64,000 nt of DNA from Desulfatiglandales bacterium (GCA_963667015.2 CAXXJJ010000004.1:2976001-3040000), one strand, 5' to 3'; counted from the stretch's first letter, positions 28,936 to 38,584 are shown. Numbers and translations: made by a program. Notes: generated from the sequence alone by a model not told the origin.

Positions 28936-29221
28936 AGACAGCCTCTTCGTCTATCCTCTTTTTAAGAAAAGGATTCATATTCTCCCGGTGCCGTACAAGG
29001 TCGATTTTACACTTGAACTCCTCTTCAAGGTCCTGCTTGATCCCAATAAAATTGAACATATCCGGTTTTCCTAAAACAACGACAACATCGATATCACTAT
29101 TGTCATTAGCCATTCCTCTTGCAATTGATCCAAATATGCCGATACGGGCGATACCATAGGCAGCGCCTTTATATTTTTTAAATTTTCGTAATGATTCGAG
29201 GACATCCGATTTCTGCAGCAT
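28928..29221 (-). CDS. Minimal nucleotidyltransferase (MNT) antitoxin
   Basis: GIFGSIARG....SDIDV, IDLV, 97 aa. Confidence 0.9.
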   Translation of the reverse strand: MLQKSDVLESLRKFKKYKGAAYGIARIGIFGSIARGMANDNSDIDVVVVLGKPDMFNFIGIKQDLEEEFKCKIDLVRHRENMNPFLKKRIDEEAVYV

Positions 29222-29390
29222 GATCCTGTTCCTTAAGATATCAATATGATGAAATGATTTATGAGTATATGAAAGTTTTATAAATAGGTCAAATCGTATT
29301 AAAGAATCAAAAGCAGGCCTGTTAGTCTGAATAGGAAAAACCCGGGTTGGGTTGTTATCCAGCCTATGAATTAACAGGAGATTATGGTAT

Positions 29391-30428
29391 TTATTCGCTC
29401 CACATCACTTTAACCGATTCAGGGCAATCCCTTCCGGTGATGCCCTCATATATACGTTTCGCTGCTTTGTCAAAAATCTGCTTATAGTCCGGACTCTGGA
29501 TATTGCGGTCGAATACTTCTGCATCTTTCAAATAACTGAGCATATCCAGCCTCATGTCAATCTCGACCGCAATCCTGTCAAGCAGCACCTGACATTGGGC
29601 ACTGTCATCTTCCAGTATGCCGTCTTCTGTAATGATCGGATCTCCCGAATCCATTTCCTTATTAGCATCATTGGTAATTTCAATTGCTCTTTCCAGCGTA
29701 TTATATTCTTTTGGAACAGTTGCCTGTATGAGCTTAAATGCGGCTTCCAAAGGAGTCTGATTAATTAGCCCGGGATGATGAATGTAGCTGAATTCGGTTT
29801 GATATTTCACATCAGGTCCTTCAACGCCATACACAGTTTTACCATACCAGTTTTCTGTATACTGTATTATCTGATCTTTGCTCCAGTCTCCCTTTGGTTG
29901 AAAAAAGAGCCAGATGACATTTGACAGTTCGTTCAGGCATTCCTCAACCGTGTTATACATGTAATCGGCGAAATGTTTACCATCTTTGAATATGTCAATA
30001 CCGGCAAATTCAATTCCCGGCAAAGACGCCTGTAAGATCAGCGTATGATCCCTGAGGTTGCTGAGAATTAAAGAATATGCATTTCTGTTCCAACGCGCCA
30101 ATTCGCTCTCATCAAATTCTGCGGTGTCAAACAGTGTCATTTCTTTAAATGCACCTGGTGTCACCAGCACAGCACCAGTGTCAGGGGGAAGATCTATTTT
30201 TTTGATTACATCGAGATAAAACTCCCATTCATCATCCCCGCTGATTTGCATCGGCAGCAGTTGGCCTGGATTCTCAAGGAGATGTTTTTCCATCATTACA
30301 AGCATCAATTCCAAAACTGCCTGCCACCCGGTTACAAAATGGTCACCGCCTGCTTTTTCCCGATCTTCAGCCTTTTTGAATATAGCCTTTACTGATTTCT
30401 GTATTGATTTTTGTCGCTGTTTGTCCAT
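29391..30428 (-). CDS. Hypothetical acidic protein
   Basis: Long ORF, likely start MDKQ at 30428 (ORF track 30569); no motif recognised. Confidence 0.7.
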   Translation of the reverse strand: MDKQRQKSIQKSVKAIFKKAEDREKAGGDHFVTGWQAVLELMLVMMEKHLLENPGQLLPMQISGDDEWEFYLDVIKKIDLPPDTGAVLVTPGAFKEMTLFDTAEFDESELARWNRNAYSLILSNLRDHTLILQASLPGIEFAGIDIFKDGKHFADYMYNTVEECLNELSNVIWLFFQPKGDWSKDQIIQYTENWYGKTVYGVEGPDVKYQTEFSYIHHPGLINQTPLEAAFKLIQATVPKEYNTLERAIEITNDANKEMDSGDPIITEDGILEDDSAQCQVLLDRIAVEIDMRLDMLSYLKDAEVFDRNIQSPDYKQIFDKAAKRIYEGITGRDCPESVKVMWSE

Positions 30429-30662
30429 TTTCCCGCCGTCGGTTTGGATTATCGATCTTTTAAAATTTGTTCCTGTTTCGACACGCTTGCATTGATCTTT
30501 AATGTTATTGAAAAGGATTATATTTTTTACATTATGTATGGATTTTTCTGTGCAAGCAACATAGCCCATAAGTTCATAGGTTTGAATAGCTTTGATTTAT
30601 AATTAAGAAAACCTTTAATACGGTAATTCATTATAACCGAAAAGATACAGTTATTCTTAAAC

Positions 30663-30771
30663 CTTATTTAAGAATAATTCAAGATTCAAGATTAAAAATG
30701 CAGACTGAAGGCTGTAGGCTAAAGGCTGTTAGGAGTGTTGATTCAAAATTCAAGATTCAATGTTCAAGATT
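30663..30771 (+). repeat. Modular intergenic repeat, copy 3
   Basis: CTTATTTAAGAATAATTCAAGATTCAA.ATTAAAAA.GCAGACTGAAGGCTGTAGGCT nearly identical to 28639; extra TTCAAGA heptamers. Confidence 0.85.
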
Positions 30772-30794
30772 GCTAAAATCCAGAAGTCAGCCGG

Positions 30795-31094
30795 TTATCG
30801 TTTTTTCCAATAACCGGGTTTGCGTTTTGAATGAGCGACTGCAACAATCTGAATATTATTTTCTAAATTGCGATAAATAAGGCTGAATGGAAATCTTGGA
30901 AAAACATACCGGCGAGTACCAACGACATATTGGGGCCACATATCAGGAGATTCTTCGACCTGCTCTACCGCATGAATGAGTTCTGCAATAAAAGATCTCG
31001 ATGCTACAAGACTCCTTTCAGCATACCATTCTTTTGCAGCCTCAGCCTCCATTAGAGCTGAAGGATGGAATTCGATAGGCTTTTTAGCCATCAT
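30795..31094 (-). CDS. ParE/RelE-family toxin
   Basis: FHPSA..E...A..WY, TRRYVF.RFPFSLIY, IVAVAH.KRKPGYW. Confidence 0.88.
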   Translation of the reverse strand: MMAKKPIEFHPSALMEAEAAKEWYAERSLVASRSFIAELIHAVEQVEESPDMWPQYVVGTRRYVFPRFPFSLIYRNLENNIQIVAVAHSKRKPGYWKKR

Positions 31095-31329
31095 TTCGTT
31101 TTAAAAGAAGAGCTTTTACATTTTCCCATGGAATAGCTGTTACTTCTCCTGAATCTAATTCTTTTACCCGCTTCGCTACTTCAGCTTTCCAGACAGATTC
31201 AATCTCTTCAATAGGTGTATCGTCAAGGCTTTCGATTAACAGACCAGCCAAAGCAGCCCGATCTTTTTCATTCAGCCCAAGTGCTTTCTTGAATAAATCA
31301 TTTGTTAATACTTCCATGATCGGGAACAA
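31084..31329 (-). CDS. Putative addiction-module antitoxin
   Basis: AL.L...DRA.LA..LIESLD, W.AE..KR..E...G.V..IPWE. Confidence 0.85.
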   Translation of the reverse strand: MFPIMEVLTNDLFKKALGLNEKDRAALAGLLIESLDDTPIEEIESVWKAEVAKRVKELDSGEVTAIPWENVKALLLKRNDG

Positions 31330-31418
31330 CCCTCCTGTTTTCTAAGGTATAGACGCTATAATATATTATTAACCTGAAGATTTAAAGCTTTTAAAAATAA
31401 GCAGTTTTGGATGTAATA

Positions 31419-31481
31419 CAGGCTTAAGGCTGTTAGGGGAAGAAAAAAACCAGTGGTCAGATGGCAGAAATCAGAGATCAG
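31419..31481 (+). repeat. Modular intergenic repeat, copy 4
   Basis: AGGCTGTTAGGG.AAGAAAAAAACCAGTGGTCAGATGGCAGAAATCAGAGATCAG, near-identical to 28731-28785. Confidence 0.85.
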
Positions 31482-31564
31482 CAACACTGATTATACCGCT
31501 ATTTGGGGGATGATTCTTTTGGGATAACACTTTGTTGTAACTGAATAATAATGATTTTGTTTTT

Positions 31565-31606
31565 CTATTTGGCGGATTTGCTCATATTGGCATTTCCGCC
31601 AAATAG
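31565..31606. other. 12-bp inverted repeat downstream of the Fic gene
   Basis: CTATTTGGCGGA-N18-TCCGCCAAATAG. Confidence 0.55.
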
Positions 31607-31664
31607 CAAGTAAGAATCATGGATTTTAATTAGAGAAATCAGGAGATGGGGAAATTACTTTGCT

Positions 31665-32798
31665 TCAACCCTTTCTAACGAGTTCTGCTATGAATCTGGA
31701 AAACGGCTTTATATTCTGTCTTATACTCGCTTCTTCCAGAGCAGTCATATATTTATTGCGGGTTTTAATCGGAATAACTGTCCAGGGATAACCGGCACTG
31801 GCCAGCATTACATTCATAAGAAATCTTCCCATGCGTCCATTCCCATCACTATAGGGGTGGATATATACAAAGAAGAAATGACCAAGTACCGCCCTTACAG
31901 CAGGCTCTTCTTCATCCTTTAAAAGAGTGAAGAATGCGGGTATAAGATCATGCATGGCTTCATAGCGGGGTGGTACATGCATTGACCCGCGGATAAAGAC
32001 AGGCTGCCTGCGGTAACCCGCAAGGTCAGATGCGGCTATAAGACCAGCATTTACACCCGGGGCAAATAATTCTCTGTACCATGTTGCATGGTCATTTTCT
32101 ACCACTGTGCCCGGATCTTTTTTATTTATAATTTTAATCAGACTTTTCTTTACAGCCTGAAAAGCCTGCCAGTAACCACGAGCTGCCAGGGCATCTGCGA
32201 ACTCTTTATCTTTGCGGTTTGTTTCCGGGTCCCAGCTCCCTGATCGCACACGGTCAATAAGCTCTTCACTAACACGATAGCCTTCTATAGAAAGCGAATG
32301 ATAGGCATCGGTCAGATATATATCATCTAAACACTTAAGATATTTATCGGTGTTTTTGAGTGATGCAGGTGCTTTGGAAAAGTTTTCCAGGACAACTCCA
32401 CGCATATCTGCCCAGCCCATCCTTATCCGGCTGACATATGGTGAAAGTTCCCGGCCACTAAAAATAATGGCAGGTTTTTCCTCAAAGGGATCATTTACTG
32501 TAATGCTGTATCCGGCAGCTCTCATTGCCTCAACTATATTTTCTGCAATAAGATTTTTGCCAATATTCATGAATGCACCTGCAAGTCTTCCGGCTACTGC
32601 GCTGTGTCCGCCATCAAGAAGTTTGTACAAAATCTCAGATGCGTCAGAAATCATAGCCAGCGCAGCCCTTGCTTCTGCAGGGTTATTTGAATAATAACCA
32701 GGAGCGCATGAAATGAGTGCAGTCGGAAGGATCATAATATTCAGGTTATCTCTGGTTTCGATATCATTCCTGTCCGGCAGTTTCAGTCGAACGTCCAT
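31665..32798 (-). CDS. Fic-domain protein, probably 5'-truncated
   Basis: HPYSDGNGRMGR Fic motif; no clear RBS; appears to start mid-domain. Confidence 0.8.
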   Translation of the reverse strand: MDVRLKLPDRNDIETRDNLNIMILPTALISCAPGYYSNNPAEARAALAMISDASEILYKLLDGGHSAVAGRLAGAFMNIGKNLIAENIVEAMRAAGYSITVNDPFEEKPAIIFSGRELSPYVSRIRMGWADMRGVVLENFSKAPASLKNTDKYLKCLDDIYLTDAYHSLSIEGYRVSEELIDRVRSGSWDPETNRKDKEFADALAARGYWQAFQAVKKSLIKIINKKDPGTVVENDHATWYRELFAPGVNAGLIAASDLAGYRRQPVFIRGSMHVPPRYEAMHDLIPAFFTLLKDEEEPAVRAVLGHFFFVYIHPYSDGNGRMGRFLMNVMLASAGYPWTVIPIKTRNKYMTALEEASIRQNIKPFSRFIAELVRKG

Positions 32799-32889
32799 TA
32801 TATCGTGTCAATCAATATTTAGGTTATTAGGTTTTGTTGTTTTTAGGTTTTTACGTTGCAACTCAATAATAATGAGGAGAGAGCAGGAT

Positions 32890-32940
32890 AAAAACAGGCT
32901 GAAGCGGTTTAGACTATAGACTGTCAGGGAAGACTGAAGC
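32890..32940 (+). repeat. Modular intergenic repeat, copy 5
   Basis: AAAACAGGCTGAAGCGGTTTAGACTATAGACTGTCAGGGAA. Confidence 0.8.
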
Positions 32941-32962
32941 TTTAAAGGTAAGCAAATGAAGC

Positions 32963-33221
32963 CTATTTATAGACATCACCTCTTGGCCCGATATGATCAA
33001 CATATACAATATCCTCCTTTAAATCATACCAGAAAATAGCCCTCAGTTTTCCTAATCGGATTCTATGATACCCGGCCTACACCATACATTTGTTTTATGC
33101 CGGGATAATTAAGCGGGTTATTTTCCAGTTGTTTTAGTATTTTTTTTATTCGATCTTTTGCTTCCTGGGGTAGACGTTTGAGGTATTTTGCAGCACTACG
33201 ATGGACTATTACTTTTGACAT
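32963..33221 (-). pseudogene. Frameshifted RelE-family toxin
   Basis: MSKVIVHRSAAKYLKRLP...IKQMYG, frameshift/stop near 33078, then AGYHRIRLGKLRAIF...IGPRGDVYK*; TAATG coupling to the antitoxin. Confidence 0.8.
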
Positions 33222-33418
33222 TATATGGAATCCAGATCCGTGTAGGCGTCTATATTATCACCATCTCTATCCTTTCTCGCTTTACGCAGTTGATTAACCT
33301 CTTCATCATCCAAATCCCAGCCCAGCAGTTCTTCTATTTTTCTGAAGTCGTCTACAGGTATGATTACTTCTTTAGGCTTCCCTTGTTCATCCACGATATA
33401 TTTTTTATTAATATTCAT
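33221..33418 (-). CDS. Small antitoxin
   Basis: YIVDEQGKPKEVIIP..DF..IEELL; AGGAG RBS; coupled to the relE remnant. Confidence 0.8.
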   Translation of the reverse strand: MNINKKYIVDEQGKPKEVIIPVDDFRKIEELLGWDLDDEEVNQLRKARKDRDGDNIDAYTDLDSI

Positions 33419-33511
33419 GATAATATTTCTCCTTGAATATTTTTAAGTTTATTGAAAAACTCTTTTTAAATCAATAAGTAAAAAATTAACATCATTCGGA
33501 CTTAAACTGCT

Positions 33512-33573
33512 TTCCCTTCAGCCTGATTTTCCTAACAGCCCTCAGCCTAAATTGCTTCAGCCTGTTTCTTCTA
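33512..33573 (-). repeat. Modular intergenic repeat, inverted copy
   Basis: Reverse complement AGAAACAGGCTGAAGCAATTTAGGCTGAGGGCTGTTAGGAAAATCAGGCTGAAGGG. Confidence 0.8.
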
Positions 33574-33622
33574 AGAATTACAGTCACATATAAATTAATT
33601 TTAAAAAAGATGAAAAAATAGA

Positions 33623-33666
33623 TTGACTCAGATTACATATGTGATATCTTAAATCACAATTGTGAT
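33623..33666 (+). promoter_or_regulatory. Promoter with two BlaI/CopY-type operators
   Basis: TTGACT at 33623; ATTACA-TA-TGTGAT (33632) and ATCACA-AT-TGTGAT (33653), resembling TACA-N2-TGTA. Confidence 0.75.
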
Positions 33667-33686
33667 CTAATTATAAAGGAGAAAAC

Positions 33687-34055
33687 ATGAAGGAGATACC
33701 AAAAATTTCAGAGGCAGAATGGACGGTAATGAGGGCCATATGGAATGAAAACCCCATAACCTCGAACAGGATAATTGAGGTTGTATCCGAATCAACAGAC
33801 TGGAAACCCAAAACCATCAGAACCCTGTTAAACCGGCTGGTGAGCAAGGGGGCTGTCGGGCATGACGGAAAAGGAAGAGAATACAGCTTTTTTCCCCTTA
33901 TAGAGGAATCGACTGCGGTAAAGGCAGAAAGCGAGTCCTTTTTAAAGAGGGTTTTTGATGGAGCTTTAACACCACTAATAACCACGCTTGCCGAGTCAAA
34001 AAAATTATCAAAGAAAGATATAGAAGAATTAAAACGTATCCTTGAAGAAGAATAA
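33687..34055 (+). CDS. BlaI/MecI/CopY-family repressor
   Basis: ISEAEW.VM..IW, W.PKTIRTLL.RLV.KG. Confidence 0.93.
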   Translation: MKEIPKISEAEWTVMRAIWNENPITSNRIIEVVSESTDWKPKTIRTLLNRLVSKGAVGHDGKGREYSFFPLIEESTAVKAESESFLKRVFDGALTPLITTLAESKKLSKKDIEELKRILEEE

Positions 34056-34064
34056 GGAGTAAAT

Positions 34065-35777
34065 ATGGAAACCTTCCTTTCACATACTTCAGCTTTCTTT
34101 TCATGGTTTATTGATTACTCCATAGATGTGAGCATTTTTATCTGCCTTATATTTATCATCAAGGCGGTTGTTTCAAAACGCCTGCCCGCCTGGTGGCATT
34201 ATGGTCTGTGGGTAGTGTTGCTTGTACGCATGATCATACCATGGAGATATGAAAGAACTGCTCAACTGCCTGAACTTATACATCTGCCTCTGCCCAATAT
34301 CCGGATACTGGATTCCATGATCATGGGAAAAAACACAATGGTGTCTGGCATTGCAAAAGGTGCGTCAGCAAATATCGGAGGATCAGGCATATCCTTTGAT
34401 GAAGTACTGCTTTATACATGGCTTACTGGGGCCGTTCTTTTAGGCCTGTATACCCTTTTCAGGAACATGAGTTTCTGGATAAGGATAAAAGACATCCCGA
34501 TGATTATTGACAGGGAAATTCTTGACCTGCTGGAAGAGTGCAAGGCCGGTATGAAGATCAATACCATTGTGGGTATTGCCATAACAGACCTTGTCAAAAG
34601 CCCTGCCCTGTTCGGCTACCTTCGCCCCAGGCTTCTGCTCCCTGAAGGAGTTCTTGAAAAACTCACAAAATCGGAACTGCGCTATGTTTTCATGCATGAA
34701 CTGGGTCACCTTAAGCGCCATGATAATGGTATGTCCTGGATTATTACCTTGCTCCAGGTTTTTCACTGGTTTAATCCCCTTGTGTGGCTTGCCTTTTACC
34801 AGATGAGGATTGACCAGGAGTCTGCCTGTGATACCTCGGTTTTATCCCGAATCAAAAACAACCAGTCAAAGGATTACGCGGAAAGTATTGTCGGTTTTTT
34901 GGAAAAATTCTGCCAGAACAGCCAGCTTCCTGCAATGGCAGGAATCATTGAAAATAAATCACAGATGAAAAGGAGAATTGCTATGATAGTCAGATATAAA
35001 AAGAATTCTAAAAGGATTACTGCGGCGGCAATAATCATGCTGCTGGCCATGGGTTTTGTCTTTTATACAATTACAGGCTTTGCACAGGAGAATCAGGTTA
35101 ACAGAAATGAGACCGAACTTTCTCACGATGCGCAGGAGGTGTTTGTTAAGGCAAAAATTTTTTTCGATACACAGGATTTTACCAGCGCCAGGGAAACCCT
35201 ACAGGATTACATTGACAATAATCCCGATCAGTTGCCCGCAGAAATCTACCTGTTGCTGGGTTATTGCTGGTATGCTGATTCCAGCCTGGGCAGCGAGAAA
35301 GCCCTTGATAATGCACTGCTTGTTTTTGAAGAGGGATATGAGGCATATCCTGATAATTTTGATCTGTTATCCTACTATGCTGCGGTATTGTATGAAACCG
35401 AATATTTCACAGAAGCTGCACCCATGATGGAAAAGGCTTATGAACTGGATGATAAGAAACAGATCAGATTCCTAGAGGCTGCATGGGGGGCATATTACCA
35501 GGTAAATAATTATGAAGATACAATCCGGGTATTAAAGAAACTGATCAGTGTATCGGATAAGCCAGAAAAAAAATGGCTCCAGGTTCTTTTCAACATATAT
35601 CTTAATGACATGCAGGATAAAGAAAATGCTGAAAAGGTTTTAAATACGGCACTGGAAAAATTTCCTGGAGATGAAACCTTTTTGAATCTTCAAACCAGTT
35701 TTAATGGAGAGGGTGAAGTTGTCAGTATATTTGATTCAAAACCTGCAAACGCGAACAATAACAGCAGCAGACCATAA
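34065..35777 (+). CDS. BlaR1-like M56 peptidase with C-terminal TPR-like domain
   Basis: TM helices, SPALFG..RP.LLLP, HELGH, HWFNPLVW, E.ACD; Tyr/Ala/Leu-rich helical repeats at C-terminus. Confidence 0.88.
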   Translation: METFLSHTSAFFSWFIDYSIDVSIFICLIFIIKAVVSKRLPAWWHYGLWVVLLVRMIIPWRYERTAQLPELIHLPLPNIRILDSMIMGKNTMVSGIAKGASANIGGSGISFDEVLLYTWLTGAVLLGLYTLFRNMSFWIRIKDIPMIIDREILDLLEECKAGMKINTIVGIAITDLVKSPALFGYLRPRLLLPEGVLEKLTKSELRYVFMHELGHLKRHDNGMSWIITLLQVFHWFNPLVWLAFYQMRIDQESACDTSVLSRIKNNQSKDYAESIVGFLEKFCQNSQLPAMAGIIENKSQMKRRIAMIVRYKKNSKRITAAAIIMLLAMGFVFYTITGFAQENQVNRNETELSHDAQEVFVKAKIFFDTQDFTSARETLQDYIDNNPDQLPAEIYLLLGYCWYADSSLGSEKALDNALLVFEEGYEAYPDNFDLLSYYAAVLYETEYFTEAAPMMEKAYELDDKKQIRFLEAAWGAYYQVNNYEDTIRVLKKLISVSDKPEKKWLQVLFNIYLNDMQDKENAEKVLNTALEKFPGDETFLNLQTSFNGEGEVVSIFDSKPANANNNSSRP

Positions 35778-35832
35778 ATTTTAATGGTAATAGAGGAATA
35801 TTTATTTCTAAACTGTAGTTTTAATTTATTTA

Positions 35833-35865
35833 AATGCAGAGACCCCGGCCGGGTGTCTCTGCATT
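35833..35865. terminator. Hairpin between convergent genes
   Basis: AATGCAGAGAC...GTCTCTGCATT. Confidence 0.6.
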
Positions 35866-35890
35866 CATTCTGTGGCCGGGAACATCACAA

Positions 35891-36982
35891 TCATTTCTCA
35901 AGAAGATCCTTAACAACCGGATCCAGTGAGGCCATAAATTTTTCAACAGCTTTTGTGTACCTGCCGGGGGTACCCAGCTTGCTGTTAATTGAGCCATGCC
36001 CTTTTCTTTGTTTTAAAACACTCGCTTCAATCCCTAAAGACCTGCTTTTTTCCGCATATTCTTCAGCCTGCTCACAGGGTTTATCAGGACGCATTGTAGA
36101 GCAAACCCCAAGCCATGGCCCTGCCTGTTTATCCAGCTGATGGTATGGAGAGGCTGCTATCCATTCTTTTTCACTGGTGCCGAAGGCTTCTTTATATATA
36201 TTTTTTAAGACATTAACTGCCAGGGGCATTTGTTTCGGAACATTCACTGCGCCACTGTCCAGAGATATCGTTCCAATAACCTTCTCTGCTCCGATACGAT
36301 TACGAAGTTTACTGTCCGCATTTACCAGGGAAACCAGGTGAGCGCCTGCCGAATGCCCCATCATTATAATGCGGTCTGGATCGCCGCCCCATTTTTTTGC
36401 ATTAGCCTGTACATATGCCAGGGCCTTTGCAACACTTTCAGCCTGGGCAACAGCCATGCTCCCATCCGTAATCATGGGATAATTAACAGAGATGAACATA
36501 AACCCTTTAGGCGTCCAGCGGTTGACCTTTTCTTCGGTAACCGAACGCATGTCCTTGTTTCCTATGCACCAACCTCCCCCATGCACCATGAAGATAACTG
36601 GTGCCAATACAGGTCCCGTGTCGCCTGTACTCTTTTTTTTGGTCGGATAAAAGACATCCAGTGTTTCCAGTTCTCCAGGCCCATATGGTATGTTCTCAAT
36701 GTCAGCCCCGGGTCCATACATCTTTTTACTGAGCGAACCACTCATTATTTTTTTAAATGCCTGATCCTTCTCTGCACAACTATTTCCCCCTGTATCCGGA
36801 TCACCCAGAAAATCCAGCAACCCTCCTTCCCTATCAATAGAACTCCTGCGCTCGATAATTTTGCCCTTCAGCCAGCCATCTGCAAAAACATCCGATGCAA
36901 AAAAGGCGGAGGCAGAAAGAAAATAAAAACCGGCCAATATGAAAATAAAAAGGTATTTTCCTTTTTTAGGGATATGCATCAT
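35891..36982 (-). CDS. Exported alpha/beta hydrolase (HSL-like esterase)
   Basis: HGGGW oxyanion motif, GHSAG nucleophile elbow; signal-like N-terminus (ORF track start 37096 likely too long). Confidence 0.85.
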   Translation of the reverse strand: MMHIPKKGKYLFIFILAGFYFLSASAFFASDVFADGWLKGKIIERRSSIDREGGLLDFLGDPDTGGNSCAEKDQAFKKIMSGSLSKKMYGPGADIENIPYGPGELETLDVFYPTKKKSTGDTGPVLAPVIFMVHGGGWCIGNKDMRSVTEEKVNRWTPKGFMFISVNYPMITDGSMAVAQAESVAKALAYVQANAKKWGGDPDRIIMMGHSAGAHLVSLVNADSKLRNRIGAEKVIGTISLDSGAVNVPKQMPLAVNVLKNIYKEAFGTSEKEWIAASPYHQLDKQAGPWLGVCSTMRPDKPCEQAEEYAEKSRSLGIEASVLKQRKGHGSINSKLGTPGRYTKAVEKFMASLDPVVKDLLEK

Positions 36983-37112
36983 TCTTTTCCCTTCATGTAG
37001 ATATAAACATCTATAAGCTAAAACGTTTAATCCGGCTAATGGTTTATAAATAAAATTATCCGAGCAGTATATTTCAGGGAATTCTACAATGAGCAATAAA
37101 CCATTATCAATG

Positions 37113-37166
37113 AGAAAAGCAGTCTGAAGCGGTTTAGACTATAGGCTGATAGGAGATGTCAGAAAT
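37113..37166 (+). repeat. Modular intergenic repeat, outlying copy
   Basis: GCAGTCTGAAGCGGTTTAGACTATAGGCTGATAGG. Confidence 0.7.
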
Positions 37167-37214
37167 TAACCATTTTTGTCTGAAGATTCCGATCTCACAG
37201 GTCTGCCAAATGTA

Positions 37215-37243
37215 TTGACGCCGACTGAAACAGCGGATAAGAT
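37215..37243 (+). promoter_or_regulatory. sigma70 promoter of pfk
   Basis: TTGACG-N17-TAAGAT. Confidence 0.55.
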
Positions 37244-37300
37244 TTATAATTAAATAACGCAGATGGGCCGCAGCCCTTAACCTTCAACAAATGGTTTATT

Positions 37301-38584
37301 ATGGACAAAAGTAATTTTGATATACAGCAGCTGGGCGAATGCCGTATTCCCTCGCCCATGTCAGGAATGGAATTTGTAAAAAATGACGACAGGGTAGTCT
37401 ATCATTCAAATCCTGCAGATATAATAAAATCGCTTGCCGAAGGAGGAGATCTTCCCTCTTTTGAGATGGCAGGACCGAGAAATAAGATTTATTTTGATCC
37501 TTCAAAACTGAAATGCGGTATTGTCACCTGCGGCGGACTGTGTCCCGGACTCAATAATGTGATACGTGCCATTATCCTGAGCCTTTACCATCATTATGGT
37601 GTTCAGTCGATCTTCGGTTTCCGTTACGGATATGAGGGACTGTCATATAAATACGGTCATGTTCCCATGGAGCTGAAGCCTGATAATGTGAAGGACATTC
37701 ATCAGCAGGGTGGAACAATACTGGGATCATCCCGGGGCCCGCAGGATATTTCGGATATGGTGGATACCCTGGAGCGAATGAATATAGGCATACTCTTTAC
37801 CATCGGAGGAGACGGTACCCTCAGGGGAGCACGGGCGCTTGCCGAAGAGATAGGGCGCCGAAACCTGAAGATTTCTGTAATAGGGGTGCCTAAAACCATA
37901 GATAATGATATATCTCACATCCAGAAATCCTTCGGCTTTGAGACTGCTGTGACCGAATCAAGGACTGCTATTTACTCCGCAAATATGGAGGCAATGGGCG
38001 CCAGAAACGGTATAGGTCTGGTCAAACTCATGGGACGTGAATCGGGATTTATCGCGGCTCACGCGGCTCTTGCATCCAGTGATGTCAATTACTGTCTGGT
38101 ACCGGAGGTTCCCTTTACAATGGAGGCCTTCCTGAAAATCCTTAAGGAGAGACTTGAGCTCAGACACCATGCGGTTATTGTGGCGGCAGAAGGGGCCGGC
38201 CAGGAGCTCATGGAAAAAACCAACCAGCAGGACGCCTCCGGAAATATTCGGCTTGAGGATATCGGTATCTTTTTAAAAGAGAAAATAAAGGAATATTTGA
38301 CCGGGGTCGGTATGCAGTTCAGCCTCAAATATATAGATCCCAGCTACACCATCCGGAGCATGCCCGCAAATCCCAATGATTCTGTATTCTGTCTTCTGCT
38401 TGGACATAATGCCGTTCACGCAGGCCTTGCCGGACGAACCAATATGGTGGTGGGTTTCTGGAACGATCAGTTTACCCATGTGCCTATCTCCATGGCCGTC
38501 TCAGAGCGAAAGCAGATAGATCCGAAGAGCAGGTTATGGAACAATGTGCTGGCAGCTACAGGACAGCCTGTGGAGATGATATAG
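37301..38584 (+). CDS. pfkA: 6-phosphofructokinase (group II, probably ATP-dependent)
   Basis: TCGGLCPG, GGTILGSSR, IGGDGT, PKTIDND, MGRESG. Confidence 0.92.
   Translation: MDKSNFDIQQLGECRIPSPMSGMEFVKNDDRVVYHSNPADIIKSLAEGGDLPSFEMAGPRNKIYFDPSKLKCGIVTCGGLCPGLNNVIRAIILSLYHHYGVQSIFGFRYGYEGLSYKYGHVPMELKPDNVKDIHQQGGTILGSSRGPQDISDMVDTLERMNIGILFTIGGDGTLRGARALAEEIGRRNLKISVIGVPKTIDNDISHIQKSFGFETAVTESRTAIYSANMEAMGARNGIGLVKLMGRESGFIAAHAALASSDVNYCLVPEVPFTMEAFLKILKERLELRHHAVIVAAEGAGQELMEKTNQQDASGNIRLEDIGIFLKEKIKEYLTGVGMQFSLKYIDPSYTIRSMPANPNDSVFCLLLGHNAVHAGLAGRTNMVVGFWNDQFTHVPISMAVSERKQIDPKSRLWNNVLAATGQPVEMI

Noticed and set aside
26838..33573. CRISPR array or classical integron
   Set aside because: Repeats are variable, modular and separated by whole genes; no cas genes, no intI and no attC-like GTT...AAC structure found.
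36230..37000. 256-aa plus-strand ORF
   Set aside because: Antisense shadow of the esterase gene.
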